Assembly: GCF_009834535.1 (NCBI RefSeq)
Contig: NC_045697.1
Span: 33,048,001-33,112,000, forward strand
Direction: 5' to 3'
DNA length: 64,000 nucleotides
Origin: Camelus ferus
Lineage: Eukaryota
The notes under the pieces are model-generated. The model saw only the letters and a program-made list of their open reading frames with translations, made no database searches and was not told the DNA's origin. Position numbers and translations under genes: made by a program. Numbering within the stretch: the first letter of the stretch is position 1; each line of letters starts with the position of its first letter. Below, piece after piece: positions 12,801 to 26,179 of this stretch.

Positions 12801-13354
12801 TCCAGACATTTTTATTCATTTTTACAAATAAGAGGTCTTTCCATAAACACAATTGTTATCTTGATTATATTCTTTACAATATCTAGAGTACATATCTCCA
12901 AGTCTGAATATTCTTCCATAAACTCATTCTAAATGTTTCAGAAATATTTCATTATATACACTATACTAAAATAAGAAGTAGAAACAGAAAAATAAAATAT
13001 AAATAATTTTAAAAATTAGAAATTTATCACAAGGCTCAGAAAATTCCTGTTAAACTGGCAGATTTTATTTATTTCCACTGTATATACAAAAAAAATTAAC
13101 TGATTTGCTTTTTTGATAAGTCAATAAAAGGATGTATACATATGCAAGACTTGTAATATATCAATCTCTATAAAATTGATAGTGACAATAAAAGACATTA
13201 ATATTGATTTCATGCTTATCAAGGGCCACTTATAACACCCATCAAAGATAGATGTTTTCATTTCACTTTACAGAAAAAGAATAGAGAATCTTCCATTGAA
13301 GAAACTAGCTATCTAGTACAAAGGTGGTTTATTGTGCCTTAAAATTTTTATGTA

Positions 13355-14650
13355 AAGTCAGGTTTAATTACATACACTTCTGTATGTAATATATATATAT
13401 CCCCAAAATCCACTTGTTTTAAGTATATAATTTGAGAAGATTTTATAAATGTATACAAGTTGTATAAACACCACCATATCAGTATATAGAGCATTTCCAT
13501 CACCCCTAAATGTTCCACTGTCCCACTTTAAAGTGAATCCCATCTCCAGCAACAACTGATAGGCAGAGTCCACACATAGTTTTACACTTTCAGAATGCCA
13601 TGTAAATAGAATTGCACGGTGTGCAGTTTTTTGTGTGTTTGGACTCTTACTTAGCATAATGCAATCAAACCCTCCATGTTGTTACACATATCAGTAGTTC
13701 ATTACTTTACATTACATGAGACTCAATTTACTTATCCGTTTAACATTTGATTATTTGATGGAGTTTGTTTACAGCTTTTGATGATTATTAACAAAGTTGA
13801 CATTTTTGTAGTCTACCTTAAAGTAGTAGTATACTATTTTCTGTATAGAATAGAAAGCTTGCAGCAGTATATTTACACTTACTCCTTCCCATCCTTTATA
13901 CTATTATTCTTGTACATTTTATTTGTAAAATGCTATAAACCTCATGATACTGTGTTAATATGTTTCTACAACTATAAATTACATTTAAAGAAATTAAGAA
14001 AAATAAAAAATCTTTATATTTACACTTACTTTCAGTATTTTCAGTGCTCTTTAGTTTTTGTGTAGATCCAAATTTCCATCCAGCCTCCTTTTCTTCTGCC
14101 TGAAGTACTTCCTTTAATATTTCCTTGAGTAAAGGTATGCAGGCAATAGATTCTCTTAGTATTTATTCTGTCTTGATTTTTGAACTTAATCTCACTCATT
14201 ATTGACTTCTGTGTGGAGAGTGTACTTTTATCCTACTATTTTAAATACCTTTCACCATTATCTTCTGGCTTTCATAGTTTCTGAAGTCTCCTGTAACTCA
14301 TTATTTCTCTCTCTCTAATGTTTCTTCCTTTTTCTGGCCTTATTCAACATTTTCTCTTTATCTTTGGTGTTAAGTACTTGGATTATGACATGTCTAAGTG
14401 TCTTTTTGTGTTTTTCTGTCTTGGATTTCTCTGAGGTCTAATAATTGTGGTTTCTTTCTTCTTATTAATTTAAAAAATGGTCATTGTCTTTTCAAGTAGT
14501 TATTCTGACTGGCGGTTTTCACGCTCCTCAGACTCCGATGACTGTTTTATGTTAAAACATTGGTTCTGACAGACCTCTTTTCAAGCTCGCTTATTTTACC
14601 GCTTCTGCTGTGTCCAGTCTCTCATATGCCCATTGAAGAAATTCTTACTC
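13355..14650 (-). mobile_element. Old L1 (L1M) fragments
   Basis: ccaccatatcagtatatagagcatttccatcacccc, agaatgccatgtaaatagaatt and ttacttagcataatgc (3' UTR type), followed by tgtagatccaaatttccatc...ttctgcctgaagtacttcctttaatatttc (internal L1M type). Confidence 0.8.
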
Positions 14651-15359
14651 TGATAACAACACAAATTAACGGGCTCCATAATACTCTTAGAAAAGATTTG
14701 TTCATAAGATGAAATCAAGCAAAATATTAACACCTTTAAACATGAAGAAAATATAGCTTTTGTCGTGTTTAAGCTTGTCCCAGCGTTTTTGGTAGATTTG
14801 TTTTTATGAATGATAAAATTCTCTATGTCAGTTTCATTTTTTAAAGCCCCTTTAGAGGAAGTATACTATATTGAGAAAGCAAGTCTTCTAAACTCTCTTT
14901 TTAGACCAAACCAAAAGCCTTATAAATTATATTCTATTGGAATACAAATTCTAAAATAGTAATAGATATACAAGGTATTTGAAAATTTATAAATTTTTGA
15001 AAAAATATATAATATGAAGCAAGGTAGCAAAGTATACTTACTTCGTGTTATATTTTCGAAAGAAAGTAACTATTTATTGGACAATCATGTGGTTATAGAG
15101 ATTATAGCAGGTATAACCAAAAATAGCCTCGTAAGAAATAGACGATCAAGCTGAGATGATCTTTAAATAGGAATATATATTGACCCAAATCTACATCTAG
15201 TAATTCTGTAAAGCACAATATACAAGCACATATTTCATTAATCATCAGCAATGATGTCACTACATTACATATTTGTAGAAAAACTCCACTCGAGGACCAG
15301 AGTAGGACTTAAAAAAGTAAAGTATGCTTTAGTATTATTATAATTTTTATTAACATGAC

Positions 15360-15427
15360 AGAGCCCACAAAACAGTCTTGGTGATCCCCAGGGGTCTATG
15401 GACCACACTTTGAACACCACTGCCTTA
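15360..15427. mobile_element. hAT-Charlie DNA transposon terminal fragment
   Basis: ggggtctatggaccacactttgaacaccactg resembles the Charlie/MER5-type terminus. Confidence 0.55.
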
Positions 15428-15769
15428 GTGTTCCGTTTTTGCTATTTTACAATATTATCACTTTTAAAAACCAATTCCTAGTTGCAATAATCCATATTAC
15501 ATTTTCTCAGCTAAAATAACTGATAGGATTCTTCCTGATTTACACAAGTCCATGAGAGCGCTCTGAAGGGCAGATGCTGTTTTACTTGTTTCCTCAGAAT
15601 AAAGCCATTGTCTATGGCTGTAGCCTCAACATCCTAGATATCAAATTTGGTTGGATTTAGATCATACAGAAATCTCCTGCACAGGCTTGTCAAGAGCTTA
15701 ATCTGCAAATTTTCCTTCACTCAGTTTCTATCATAGACCCCATGAGTGAGTATTTCAAAGTAGTAACAT

Positions 15770-15980
15770 TTGTTCAGAGAAAGTGGAGTTAAGCAGCAGA
15801 CTAAGTATCTGACTACAACTTAATGTATTTTATTTCTATCAGCCTCAGTGTACTAATTTGTGATGTGGGAATAGTACTGTCACATCTTGACCATAAATAT
15901 TTTGAGTTAAATGTGCTAATATATTGAAACAGTTTCATAATTTTCAGAACTTCACAATGCTACAGTGGTTAGTTATGATT
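15770..15980 (+). mobile_element. MIR SINE, degenerate
   Basis: agcctcagtgtactaatttgtgatgtgggaatagtactgtcacatc...agttaaatgtgctaatatattgaaacagtt. Confidence 0.55.
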
Positions 15981-16414
15981 TTTGCCCATTTTTTACTACT
16001 AATAATTGCACCAATGTAATTAATGTAATTCATGAATGTAAAAGAAATGGAATATTCATTAAAAGTTAAATATTTATTCAAATATGTCATACAGATAAAT
16101 CAAATAGTTGATTGGTTAAAAATAAATGTTCACTGCCTTTTTGATGTCACATTAGCCCACCTTCACAGTGAAGCAGCATCCATTAACTCAGTGATTAACT
16201 TCCCATGCACCTCCTAAAAGTCTACCACACATCTGAATTTGATCACTGTGCTTACAGCACTGAGAACCTCTCCAGAGATATGGGATAATGTCAAATATTT
16301 TATTTTTGGCTATCTAGGCTTTTTACTTATTGAGTTTAAGAGATATTTTTGAGAAAAAACAGTGTATGTAACAAATGTGAATAAATGATTTCCCCCTTGA
16401 AAGTAATAGAAATT

Positions 16415-16640
16415 GCTAATTTTAAACTTTTACTATATGGCCAACATTGTGCTAAGAATTTGAAATGAATTATCTCACTTATTCCTCAGATGAGGTAATT
16501 ATATAAATACATAATTCTCATTTTATAGATAAGGCTATTCAGTCTCAGAAAAGCTATTTTTTTTTCCAAAAATCAAACAAGTAGCTAGAATCTGTCAGAA
16601 TTTGTATACATTTCCAGAACCTGTATCACTCTATAATTCA
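16415..16640 (-). mobile_element. MIR SINE
   Basis: tactatatggccaacattgtgctaag...attatctcacttattcctca...ctcattttatagataaggc. Confidence 0.7.
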
Positions 16641-17139
16641 AACTCTTAGTTATACACTGCTTTTAATTAATAATAATAATGGTAATAATAACATTATCTC
16701 TTTTCAGTGAGGGTGTTCTAACTTCAGAATTAATTATACTACCCCTTCCTCTCTCAACATTTATAAATAGTAATTGATAGTATAATACTTAAAGTATTGT
16801 ATATACAGTATATAAATCCTTGGGTTATTTTAGGGCAAAATTAACTAAGATCATTTGTACTGCACTATTGTATTAACTTTACAACCTGGTTTTACTGCCA
16901 AAGACAAAATTTTTATCAGCAGAAAAATGGTATTTCAGAGAAAGCCTTTTATCTTTGGATAGAAAAATTTATAAAAACAGCTAAAAATGGCAATGTCCTC
17001 TTCTCTACTTTTAAATACATAATCCTAAAATTTGAGTATACTGAATGGTTTCAAGTAGTTTTCCATTGTTGAGAAAAAATGGACTCAATACTCCTTACAT
17101 TATATCAATTGAAAAATGTATTTCAATTTCCTCTACTAA

Positions 17140-17556
17140 TAAGGAAATAGTTCATTATTCTTTGGAGAATGTGAACCAATCTGGCATAAGCAAAAAGAGG
17201 AATTGTCTGGCTCAGGTATCTAAGTCCAGAGGCAGGGCTGCCTTCAGGCACAGCTTGATACACTGGCGTAAATGAAAGCCTTAGCATCTGTTTTCTCCCT
17301 CCACTTGGCTCAACTTGACTCAATGTTTTGGCTTTACTCTCCACCAGGCTCAGAAAAACTAGCTGTAGGAGATCAAAACTTTATATTCTCTCAGCTTCAG
17401 TTTCCTTAAGACGAGGCAGTGATTGCTCCCACAGGATTCCCAGGGAAATCTTATTCTACCTTGTTGGTTTAAATTGAATATCAACTCTAAGCACAAATCC
17501 ATGGCAGGAGAATGTGAGTCACCAGCTGGCATAAGGTCATGTCGCAGGATGCACCT
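17140..17556 (-). mobile_element. Old MLT1 (K/L-like) LTR
   Basis: aaccaatctggcataagcaaaaagaggaattgtctggctcaggtatctaagtccagaggcagggctgccttcaggcacagcttgat. Confidence 0.65.
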
Positions 17557-17557
17557 C

Positions 17558-18045
17558 TGTCTTAGGCCAGGTTCCCCAGGTTCCCTTGTAGGTGAGTAAC
17601 GCAGTATTCCTAGGAGAAAGCAGAAAGGAAGACAGGAAAGGGAAGGAAACCAAGCAAGGATGTGATTTCAGGCAGAGTCCAGAAAAGGGGGTATGTTTCA
17701 AGATCTGTCCAAAAAGAGATGTCTTCAACCTTTTCCTACTTTTCAACTTTACTCCTACGCTTTTCCATTACTGGTCTTGGATAAACATAAACTCTAGACC
17801 TCCTGTGCATGAGGGATCCAGAGTGGGTCCAGGGTCCTGAGGGCAGTCTTCTGAAGAGAAGTCTAAATACAGGCCACTGGAAGCAAAGGCACATGGAAAC
17901 CGGGCAGGGGCACACAGGAATTCAGAAGGATTGGAGCGACAGTGTTCCCTGCAAGTCCCTAAGGTCAGTGACAGCTAGGGCTCTAACCGTCGTGAAAACC
18001 AGGGTGCAGCTACCAGAGTACAGATGAAACAAATGCTGTGCAGCA
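17558..18045 (-). mobile_element. ERVL LTR (LTR16/LTR33-like)
   Basis: tgtcttaggccaggttccccag...gacaggaaagggaaggaaaccaagcaaggatgtgatttcagg resembles a reverse-strand ERVL LTR. Confidence 0.55.
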
Positions 18046-18184
18046 CACAAAAAAGAGATGTCCACGACATTCTCCAGATTAGATTTTTGAAATGAATCAA
18101 AATGCTTTTTAGTAAAATACTGGTTCATTGTTTAATATTAAAAATCTTGGTTTTATGTTTTAAAGGCAGTTTTAGTAAATTAAG

Positions 18185-18385
18185 CAGCTGGAGTGGAATG
18201 AGCATAAGATTTAGGGAGAAGTTCTGGTTTCAGCCTCTCATTTAGAGTGTAAATTTGGACAAATTGATTAACCTTTTTGAGCCCCAATTTACTTACCTGC
18301 AATGTGAGAATTAAAATGAGACATCCGTCACTTGCTGCAATGAAGACCAAATGAGGTAATAGATGAAAAAGAGGTTTTGTAACTC
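18185..18385 (+). mobile_element. MIR SINE
   Basis: ttggacaaattgattaacctttttgagccccaatttacttacctgcaatgtgag...aaatgaggtaatagatgaaa. Confidence 0.7.
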
Positions 18386-18979
18386 TACCAGTTCTTGGAA
18401 TGGTAATGAGTCCACCTTCCTCATTAGTTTGTAAATTTCTGAAGGCCAGAACCTTGTCCTCTTCAACTATTCTGAGTGTTTAGCCTAAATCCTACACTTA
18501 ATTTTCACTCCTTGGAGATTTAATAAGAAAACATATATTTGGCAGGCAAGATTTTTCCTTTGGTAGCTGTATACTCATAGGCACTGTTGTCTTATACAAA
18601 TAGACCTTGCTTTAAAAGAAATATAATAAGCTATTTCAGATTTTAAAAGGCCATGCTGTATACTTTATAATGAGAAGAAACAATGACTATGAGGCAAGCT
18701 GTTTTTTGTCTTTTGTCTCCCCTGTCTTAATGCTCTGTAAATTTTTGTTTTATTAAGCAGAAATTAACTAGGCACAAATTCTAAACATCTGAAATAAATA
18801 TCTGCCTTTTGCTGTCAGAGTAGTCTGGTTCCTTCAGAAAATTTTTCTCATGTATCTGGAAAGAAACTATTAGTGCTTTTCAGAATTAAATGTGTCATCA
18901 AAATTTTCTTAAGAAGAGGTGGTAGATACGAGAAGGTTGGGGCAGAGAAAGAGAAAATTTTAGGTAAAAGGGATTCCAG

Positions 18980-19140
18980 GATACAAGCAGTGGCTAATTG
19001 CCTAGACTTCAGAACCAGGCTACTTTGAGTTATTATTTCAGTTCTGTGCCTCAGTTGCATCATCTGTAAAAGGGGACAATAATAGTATTGCACTCATAGG
19101 TTGTGGTGAGTACTAATTGTTTCAATACATATAAATGTTT
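18980..19140 (+). mobile_element. MIR SINE
   Basis: ctgtgcctcagttgcatcatctgtaaaaggggacaataatagtattgcactcataggttgtggtgag. Confidence 0.8.
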
Positions 19141-19221
19141 TATCAACACACATGCCTTGTTTTACCCTATTAGATTTATCGTTTCCCTACGATTGCCAAT
19201 GGATAAAAGACAATCCGGACA

Positions 19222-19946
19222 CTGTAGAGTATACAGGAGTATAAACTGCAGAATTAGGGCAATTAATAATTAAAAATAGGAGTTTTAATTTTCCACATTG
19301 AAAATAAAAGAAAAGAATTCCCTCCACTCCCTTTTCTTAGACCATTTGGTTTAGAAAGTTTGGAAATTCTTTCTCTGTCTCTTTGAAACTCATGTAAAAC
19401 TTCTAAAAAGCTAAAGAAGTCTTTTGTTGGCTGTATAAATACCCAAAAATGGCTTTCTCAAGGACGTGGAAACCATCTCATTGGAATGTAAGCATCCAAG
19501 GAAGATAGGGCCCTATCTCCCAGTTTCCATGGGAGGATAGGAGCCTAATTTGCTAGCTTCAAGTTGCAAAACTATCTTCTGTCATAAAGATATGAAAAGT
19601 TTATCTTTCCTTGGAATAAAGCTACTTAACTAACACAGATGGTCACCTCAATTGCCAGGTGATCACAGGTGACACTCTACATGTGATCAATAATGTCATG
19701 TCCTCCTACTTGAGGACTAGTTATTGTTTATCCTGTGAACATATATGCAATGGGTTGTATTTACTTGGCTATAAAAAAAGTTGAGATTTCTTTCTGCCTT
19801 TGAAACCTCTTAGCAGATTGCCTGTGATACACATCCCATTCTGATAATTCTTACACAGAAATAAACTATTTTCTTTCTCTACTTCATTTATGAGGTTTGC
19901 TGGATTGATAGAAGATTTTTGTTTTCAGTTATATTTTGCTAAAACA
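19222..19946 (+). mobile_element. ERV1 solo LTR, MER34-like
   Basis: TG...CA ends; ttctcaaggacgtggaaaccatctc, ccctatctcccagtttccatgggaggataggagcctaa and taactaacacagatggtcacc; TATA box (ggctataaaa ~19770) and aataaa at ~19860. Confidence 0.8.
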
Positions 19947-20499
19947 CCTTTCTCTTTATATGTGGACTGAGAGATACTTGGGCATTTTTATCTATAGAGA
20001 AAAGAAGGGTGACACGGCCAGAGAAGTTCTTGATTCCCTCCTTACTCATGCTTTGATAATTTTTTCTTCCCTGCACATAGAGCAGTTGTCATAAAGTCTG
20101 ACAAATGTAGGGTTTAGATAGACAGTCTTTCTTAAGTGCTGACAAAGAACTAAATCCATCAGAATCACTTGTTCTGCTGGTAAAAATGAAGATTTGGAAC
20201 CCACTATATCATACTTTACCCCAAGTACCATTGCCCTTCACTTATCAATCGTATGGATAGGTAACTTAACTGTCGTGAGTTCCAGTTTAATCGTCATTAA
20301 AACAGGGATGACAATACTTACTTCAGTGAGTTGCTATGCTTAGTAAACCTTCTGATGTAGTGTTAGTTTTTTTTCACTAGCATTCCATGTGAATTTGCTG
20401 TCCTTGTCATTATTCTTTTTGTTTCAGTCTCCGTAATCTGTGAGTATCACCCAATTTCTTGGTTCTGTTAAAGATATGTGTTTGCAATTTCTGATTGTG

Positions 20500-21100
20500 A
20501 CTACTCTAGGTAACACCAAAACTATCAATTAAAAAAAAAGAATTTTAAAATTAAAAAATATATTTCTATATGAATATAAAAATATCTAAGAAACTACTTA
20601 AAAATCAACAAGAAAACAAACCCATTAAGAATAGACAAAGATTATGAACAACTAATTTACAAAAAAAAAAAAGAAACCCCAATGGCTAACTATATGAAAA
20701 GACAATTAACTCCTCTAGTCCTAGAAATGGCAAATTACAACCACAGTGATATGCCTTCGATCAGACTGGGAAACATGGATAAATATCAGGGGTTGTGTAT
20801 TATGTGATAAAATAGTAACCTGCATGCATTTTGCTTGGAATGAGAACTGGTACAACAATTTTGGAGAGTACTTTATTTAACATGATGTAATAAAATGTAA
20901 TGTGCGTGTATAGCATGACCCAAAAATTCCACTCCACATCCAAACACAAATGGGCTCAAAAGGGAATTTTACAGAATGCTTACTGCAACAGGAACAATTC
21001 AAAGCAATGAATAATATTTTTACACTAATATTGACTGATCTTTAAAATACAGCATCTTAATTTTTCATTAAGATATAGAAAAAGGATTTACAACACAATG
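20500..21100 (+). mobile_element. Old L1 (L1M) ORF2-end/3' fragment
   Basis: aaatcaacaagaaaacaaacccatta...caaagattatgaacaactaatttacaaaa...aactggtacaacaattttggagag...atgacccaaaaattccactcc. Confidence 0.75.
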
Positions 21101-21112
21101 CAACATATATAG

Positions 21113-21365
21113 AGGCAGCATACATAGAGATGGATTAAAACTTCTCGTTTCTGAAGCCAAATAATCTGAGTATGACTTCTTGTTAGCTGTGTAACCTAGG
21201 GCAAATCACATAACCTCTCTGTGCTTCAGTTACCTAAAAATGGAAAAAATAATAGTACGTACCCTATGTAATTATCTTAAGGATTAAATGAGTCAATATA
21301 TGAAAAACACTTTGAAGTGTGCTCCGCACATATTAAGACCTGAATAATTCTTAAACTGTTTATTA
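21113..21365 (+). mobile_element. MIR SINE, near full length
   Basis: ttagctgtgtaacctagggcaaatcacataacctctctgtgcttcagtt...aaaatggaaaaaataatagtac...aggattaaatgagtcaatatatgaaaaacacttt. Confidence 0.85.
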
Positions 21366-24300
21366 CTTACCTTAAAATATAATCAAAACATACACACACA
21401 CTCATCAGTATTACATATATTTGAAAAGATCTATCCATCTATTTCCCTGATAAATATAGGACAGTGAGAATCTAGTTAAATGCAGGATGGGAGTAAAATA
21501 AAATAAAACTGTAGGAAATAACTGAGATAAAATATAAAATATGAGAGAGGACTTATAAAGATTGATGATGATAAAGTGCCATGAATTGGAGAAGCATGTT
21601 GGGCTGAGCTATCCTCAGTTGAAATCTGAACAAAACTAATCTGCTATTCAACTATATTCAAGCTTTTCCAGGACAACTTGTCACACTTAGTAGGAATAAA
21701 ATTTCTGCAAAAATCCTTACAAGCAAAATCCACATTTGATTTTGTATCTAGGGAATAATATCCTAAAACCTTTTAGGAAATAATATAAAGACACTTCATC
21801 AAAATTCAATGTTCCTCAGTCTCACTACAACAATCTATACACAGGAAACTTCCGACTGTAAAATAAATTGTTTCCTGATTTGTAGAAAGGAAAAGAGAAA
21901 TTGAGTTTGCCCTGCTAGAGTGGAAGCATCTACTACTTTTTAATAGCTTCAACCATAGCAACGATAAACAGATCTCAATTATGATCTGTTGAGTTAGTGA
22001 AAAGATATTATAAGCAGAGATATTCACCCCTCTCTCACTGGTGGATTTTACTTGCATATTTAAGACCTTATTCTCTCCTAGAGATCTCATGGTCATTATT
22101 TCACTAATAAGAAACTGAATCATAATGCTTTATGGTCTCTGTCTCTCCACGCCTGTGCTGAGTTGCCCAATTAATGAGGCCTGACAGATGCAGATGCAGT
22201 CCCTTTCTGTCCCCAGGCCAGTGACAATGACCCTGGTAGCATATTAGAAGCCCTTGGATACAGTGGATAGAGTCAGCACTTTGTTTTCTGTTTTAAGCCC
22301 ATTATCTGAAATGGATAAAGTGAAGCCCCAGGCCTGAATGGAATTGCTCCACATTTTCTCCTCTAGTGCCAAGTGTAAAAAGACAGAGTGACAAGATTTC
22401 TGCAATAGCATTTAGATTATACCCTCATTTCATCCTGAACTTGTTGGAAGCTGTAACAACTTGTTAAATCCTCAGAAGTATCTTCTCCACGTTTGACAAG
22501 ACCCTACTCACTGTGACCTCAATGGAACTTAATCTTGTGCCCTCCCTCTTTGTGCATAAAGTCTGCTGTGGTGGGTACCACCTCCCAGACCAGTGCCCTT
22601 AGATACTTTGTGGGTATGAATCAGACCAAAGCTTCTTTATTCTAGATCTGTGGGTGCAGTGTTCTGGGTCTAGGTCCTCTCAATTCCTCACTATTTTGAT
22701 CATATCAATTCCCAAGCTACTCCCCTCCCTCTTTCTTCCTGCATGAGTCCCATACGGACTTGTGATTGGAAGTCTGCATGTTAATGTAATAAATTATCTG
22801 CTAAATGTGTTTACTGAAGTTTTCTTTTCAATTATCAAAGATTAACAACCCCAACGGAAATCTGATTGTTCATTAAAACAGAACATATGCCAATTAATAC
22901 GTTTGTCTTGATTTGTAACTATATTAAGCAGCACTTTTTTCCCTAGTGGGAATAATTATTGTCCCCAGTATTTGAAGGAGATAAAACTTAAAAGTCTTTC
23001 CATTAAAAATTAGTTCAGTAATACATAATAATAAAATGTTTTGTACTGTATAGAATATGTCAACATTACAATATTTTTATCTCATCTTACTCTTCCTATG
23101 CATTCATTAAAACTTCTAAAAAGTGATTTTGAAATTTCCTCACTGCATAAATCTGACTCAGTAATTAAATCTACCACAGTGCCTTCAGTATGTATATCAG
23201 TTACTAGTTATGGAATGATAGCAAGGATGAGTGTACAGTAATAAGTTTTGATGTTGAAATATTGTATCTTAGGATCAAAAGAAGCATTAAAGACATATTT
23301 TCCTTTCTTTCACAATAGATAGTAGCACCACCTACCACCAAGGATTGCTAGGAGAGTTAAATTTGACATGTGGTAAGTGCTTAAAACATGTTACATATGA
23401 TTATCAATATATACTATGGTGCTATATAATATGTAAGATAAAATATTCAGCACTGTTTTATATTAAAATATGACAGCAAAGGGAGTGCAATGTGATGTTA
23501 ACTCATCATTCAGGAATTACGTATTTGCTGTTTGATAATGGTAGGGGAGAAGCTGGCCAACCTAAACATTCTATCTGTGAATACACTGTTCAGGGCTTTA
23601 GAGTTGACATTTCAGAATAAGATCGCCTTCTGGTATCTCCTGTGGTGGACATTACCACTGGTCATAAAACACAATGCCCATCACATCACGCTATGGAGGA
23701 AAATAGCATGACATTGTTTCCCATGTTGGAGTGTTTAATGCAGTTGGCCCTTTATTTCAAAATCAAGGTCAGCATTTTCAGTAATTGGGATGGATTTTGC
23801 TTTGGTGTTTTTTTTTTTTTCCCCCCTTGCTTTTTTATTAGAGAGCTGTAAGTAGTATCTTTTGTATTGATGCTAGTTAAATAGGCTTTGTCTTGTGTAC
23901 AAAAATTCAAGCTGGAAGGTTTATTTTATGCACTGGCTTGTTTAATGTACATTGTAAATTATTCTGTCACCACATTATCTAATAAATCATATTGTTTGAT
24001 GTTCAAGTGGTACTTGCTATCTTAAAATTGCAAACAGATAACTCATGAGAAGTCAGAGAATCCTATAAAATAGTACACCCAATGTTTATGAATGATGACA
24101 TTTCAAAATAATATATAACTGATATTTTTGAATTTCATTCCAGAGAGCATAAAAGTCAAATGAGAGTTCAACAGGTTATTTTGAACAAGTATAGCTTCAC
24201 TTTATCAAAGCCAGATCTATTAAGTTGGAGTGCATGGTGAATTTAGAAGAGATTCTTTTGTTCATATTTCCAATCTGCTAAAAGATTCTTGATTTTTTAC

Positions 24301-24548
24301 AGTAATTTAAAATATTGCAGACATCTGAATTCTTAGAAATTGCATACAGCATCTGGGACAAATCTAAAGAACTCAAAATTGGGAACTTAAATATACTAAT
24401 GTACAACAATCTAAATTGGTGGAACCATGTAGTTTATTACTTAAAAAAAGAGCTGTTTTCTGGATCACATCAAGAGTAGTAAAAAAATGTAAAATAAAGT
24501 AAATTGTTTTTCAAATAATCACATTTTATGAATAATTTAGATCTTGAG

Positions 24549-24770
24549 ACAGTATGATGTACAGCCAGAGAGCATAGGCCACATCATCTTGATCATCTTG
24601 GTGATAATTCTTACTTGCCAGTGCAAGTTATTTAACTTCACTGTATATTATATCTAAAGTAAGAATGATAACAGTACCCAGTGGATGGGCTGTTGTGAGG
24701 ATTAAGTGTGTTAATACAGGTAAACCACATGGAAGAGTGATAATATGCAGTGACCACTCAAAATAATTCT
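24549..24770 (+). mobile_element. MIR SINE
   Basis: gcaagttatttaacttc...atgataacagtacccag...ggctgttgtgaggattaagtgtgttaatacaggtaaa. Confidence 0.8.
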
Positions 24771-26179
24771 TAATATCAAAAGTCAATATGAAGAGTAAAG
24801 TAGGATGAATATTTGCAACAAACATGAGACTATTTGATTATACTAATTTTTCTCATAAATCTACTAGAAATACGAATGTACACTCCCACCAGCATTATGC
24901 AAAACGTTACACATTTAAGTTTCAAATATTCTTATATTTTCCCATATGTACACTACTTTACTTTACTACACAGATAAAAATTTTTTTAAATTTTTACAGT
25001 ATATATTTCTTTGCTTACCAATGAGGTTTTTCACCTAAACAATATACGTCCTCCTTTTTCAATTTGTGTCATTTCTCCATTTACTTTGTAAATATTTCAT
25101 ATTTTATATATTGAGTATATATGATTTATAAAATGAAAAACTTTATTTTAGAAAAAGATATTTCATAAACATTTAAGTTACTTTTAATTAAATAATCATA
25201 ATTCTTTAAAATATAAAAAACAATTGAAATAAATTTATGCTACAGGAAAAATTTTGATCTCATTTTTAATCTGTATATTTCTAATAATCAAAAAGAATAT
25301 TATGTCACTGATTAAAAAACACTTTGGATTCATTCTCGTGAGAGTCACAATGGATTTCATGTAAACATCTTAATTTTAAACTTAATTTTTTAATTATTTT
25401 ATTTATGTTCAATTCATTTTATTGATCAAAAAGTTGAAGTTCAGAATGTAAAGTGAGTGGCCTCAGGTAACTCAGCTCATAAACAGTAAAAGTGGAACCC
25501 TGGGGCATTCTGACATGAAATGTATGTGCCTTAATTTATGCTACGTGAGTGCCTCTCTTCTCTTATTTGCAGAAATTAAAGGGACAAAGAACAGGTACAA
25601 ATATCATACCAGTTTTGTTATTTATTTAAGAAGCACTTATTAAGCTTAATTTGCATCAGATTATGTGATAATACTGATATTGACAGAAATTGTAACTGAC
25701 TTTAATTCAATTTTTTAAAAAAGAAGAGTAAATCATAATCCCTAAATCTATGAATCTTGAAGGTACTAGAGTAACAAACATACAAACAAAAATGTAAAAT
25801 AACACCTTGGAAGTAAGTGACAAATATGTGTAGGAGAAGTCCTCTTAGACTTGGAAATGTGTGCTAAGTACAGAGAAAATACAGTGGAGACACAAAAGTG
25901 TCAATCTGGGAAGGCTTTATAGAGGTGGTGATCTGTGAATAGGATTTCATCAGATTGAGGGGGAAGTAGAGGAACAAAGTCACAAATCAAGTGGCGCTTG
26001 AGAGGAGCAGTAGGTAATTCTTTAAACTGGAACCACAGTGTGCTTAAGGGTAGTAAAAAGGGCTAGGAATATGAATAAACTCAGACTGTCATTGTGGGAT
26101 TGTAAGTGATTCAAGTGAAATTAAAATATATGGAATAGAGAAAAGAGTATCAGACTGAAAGGGGGGGAATTTGTTTCCA

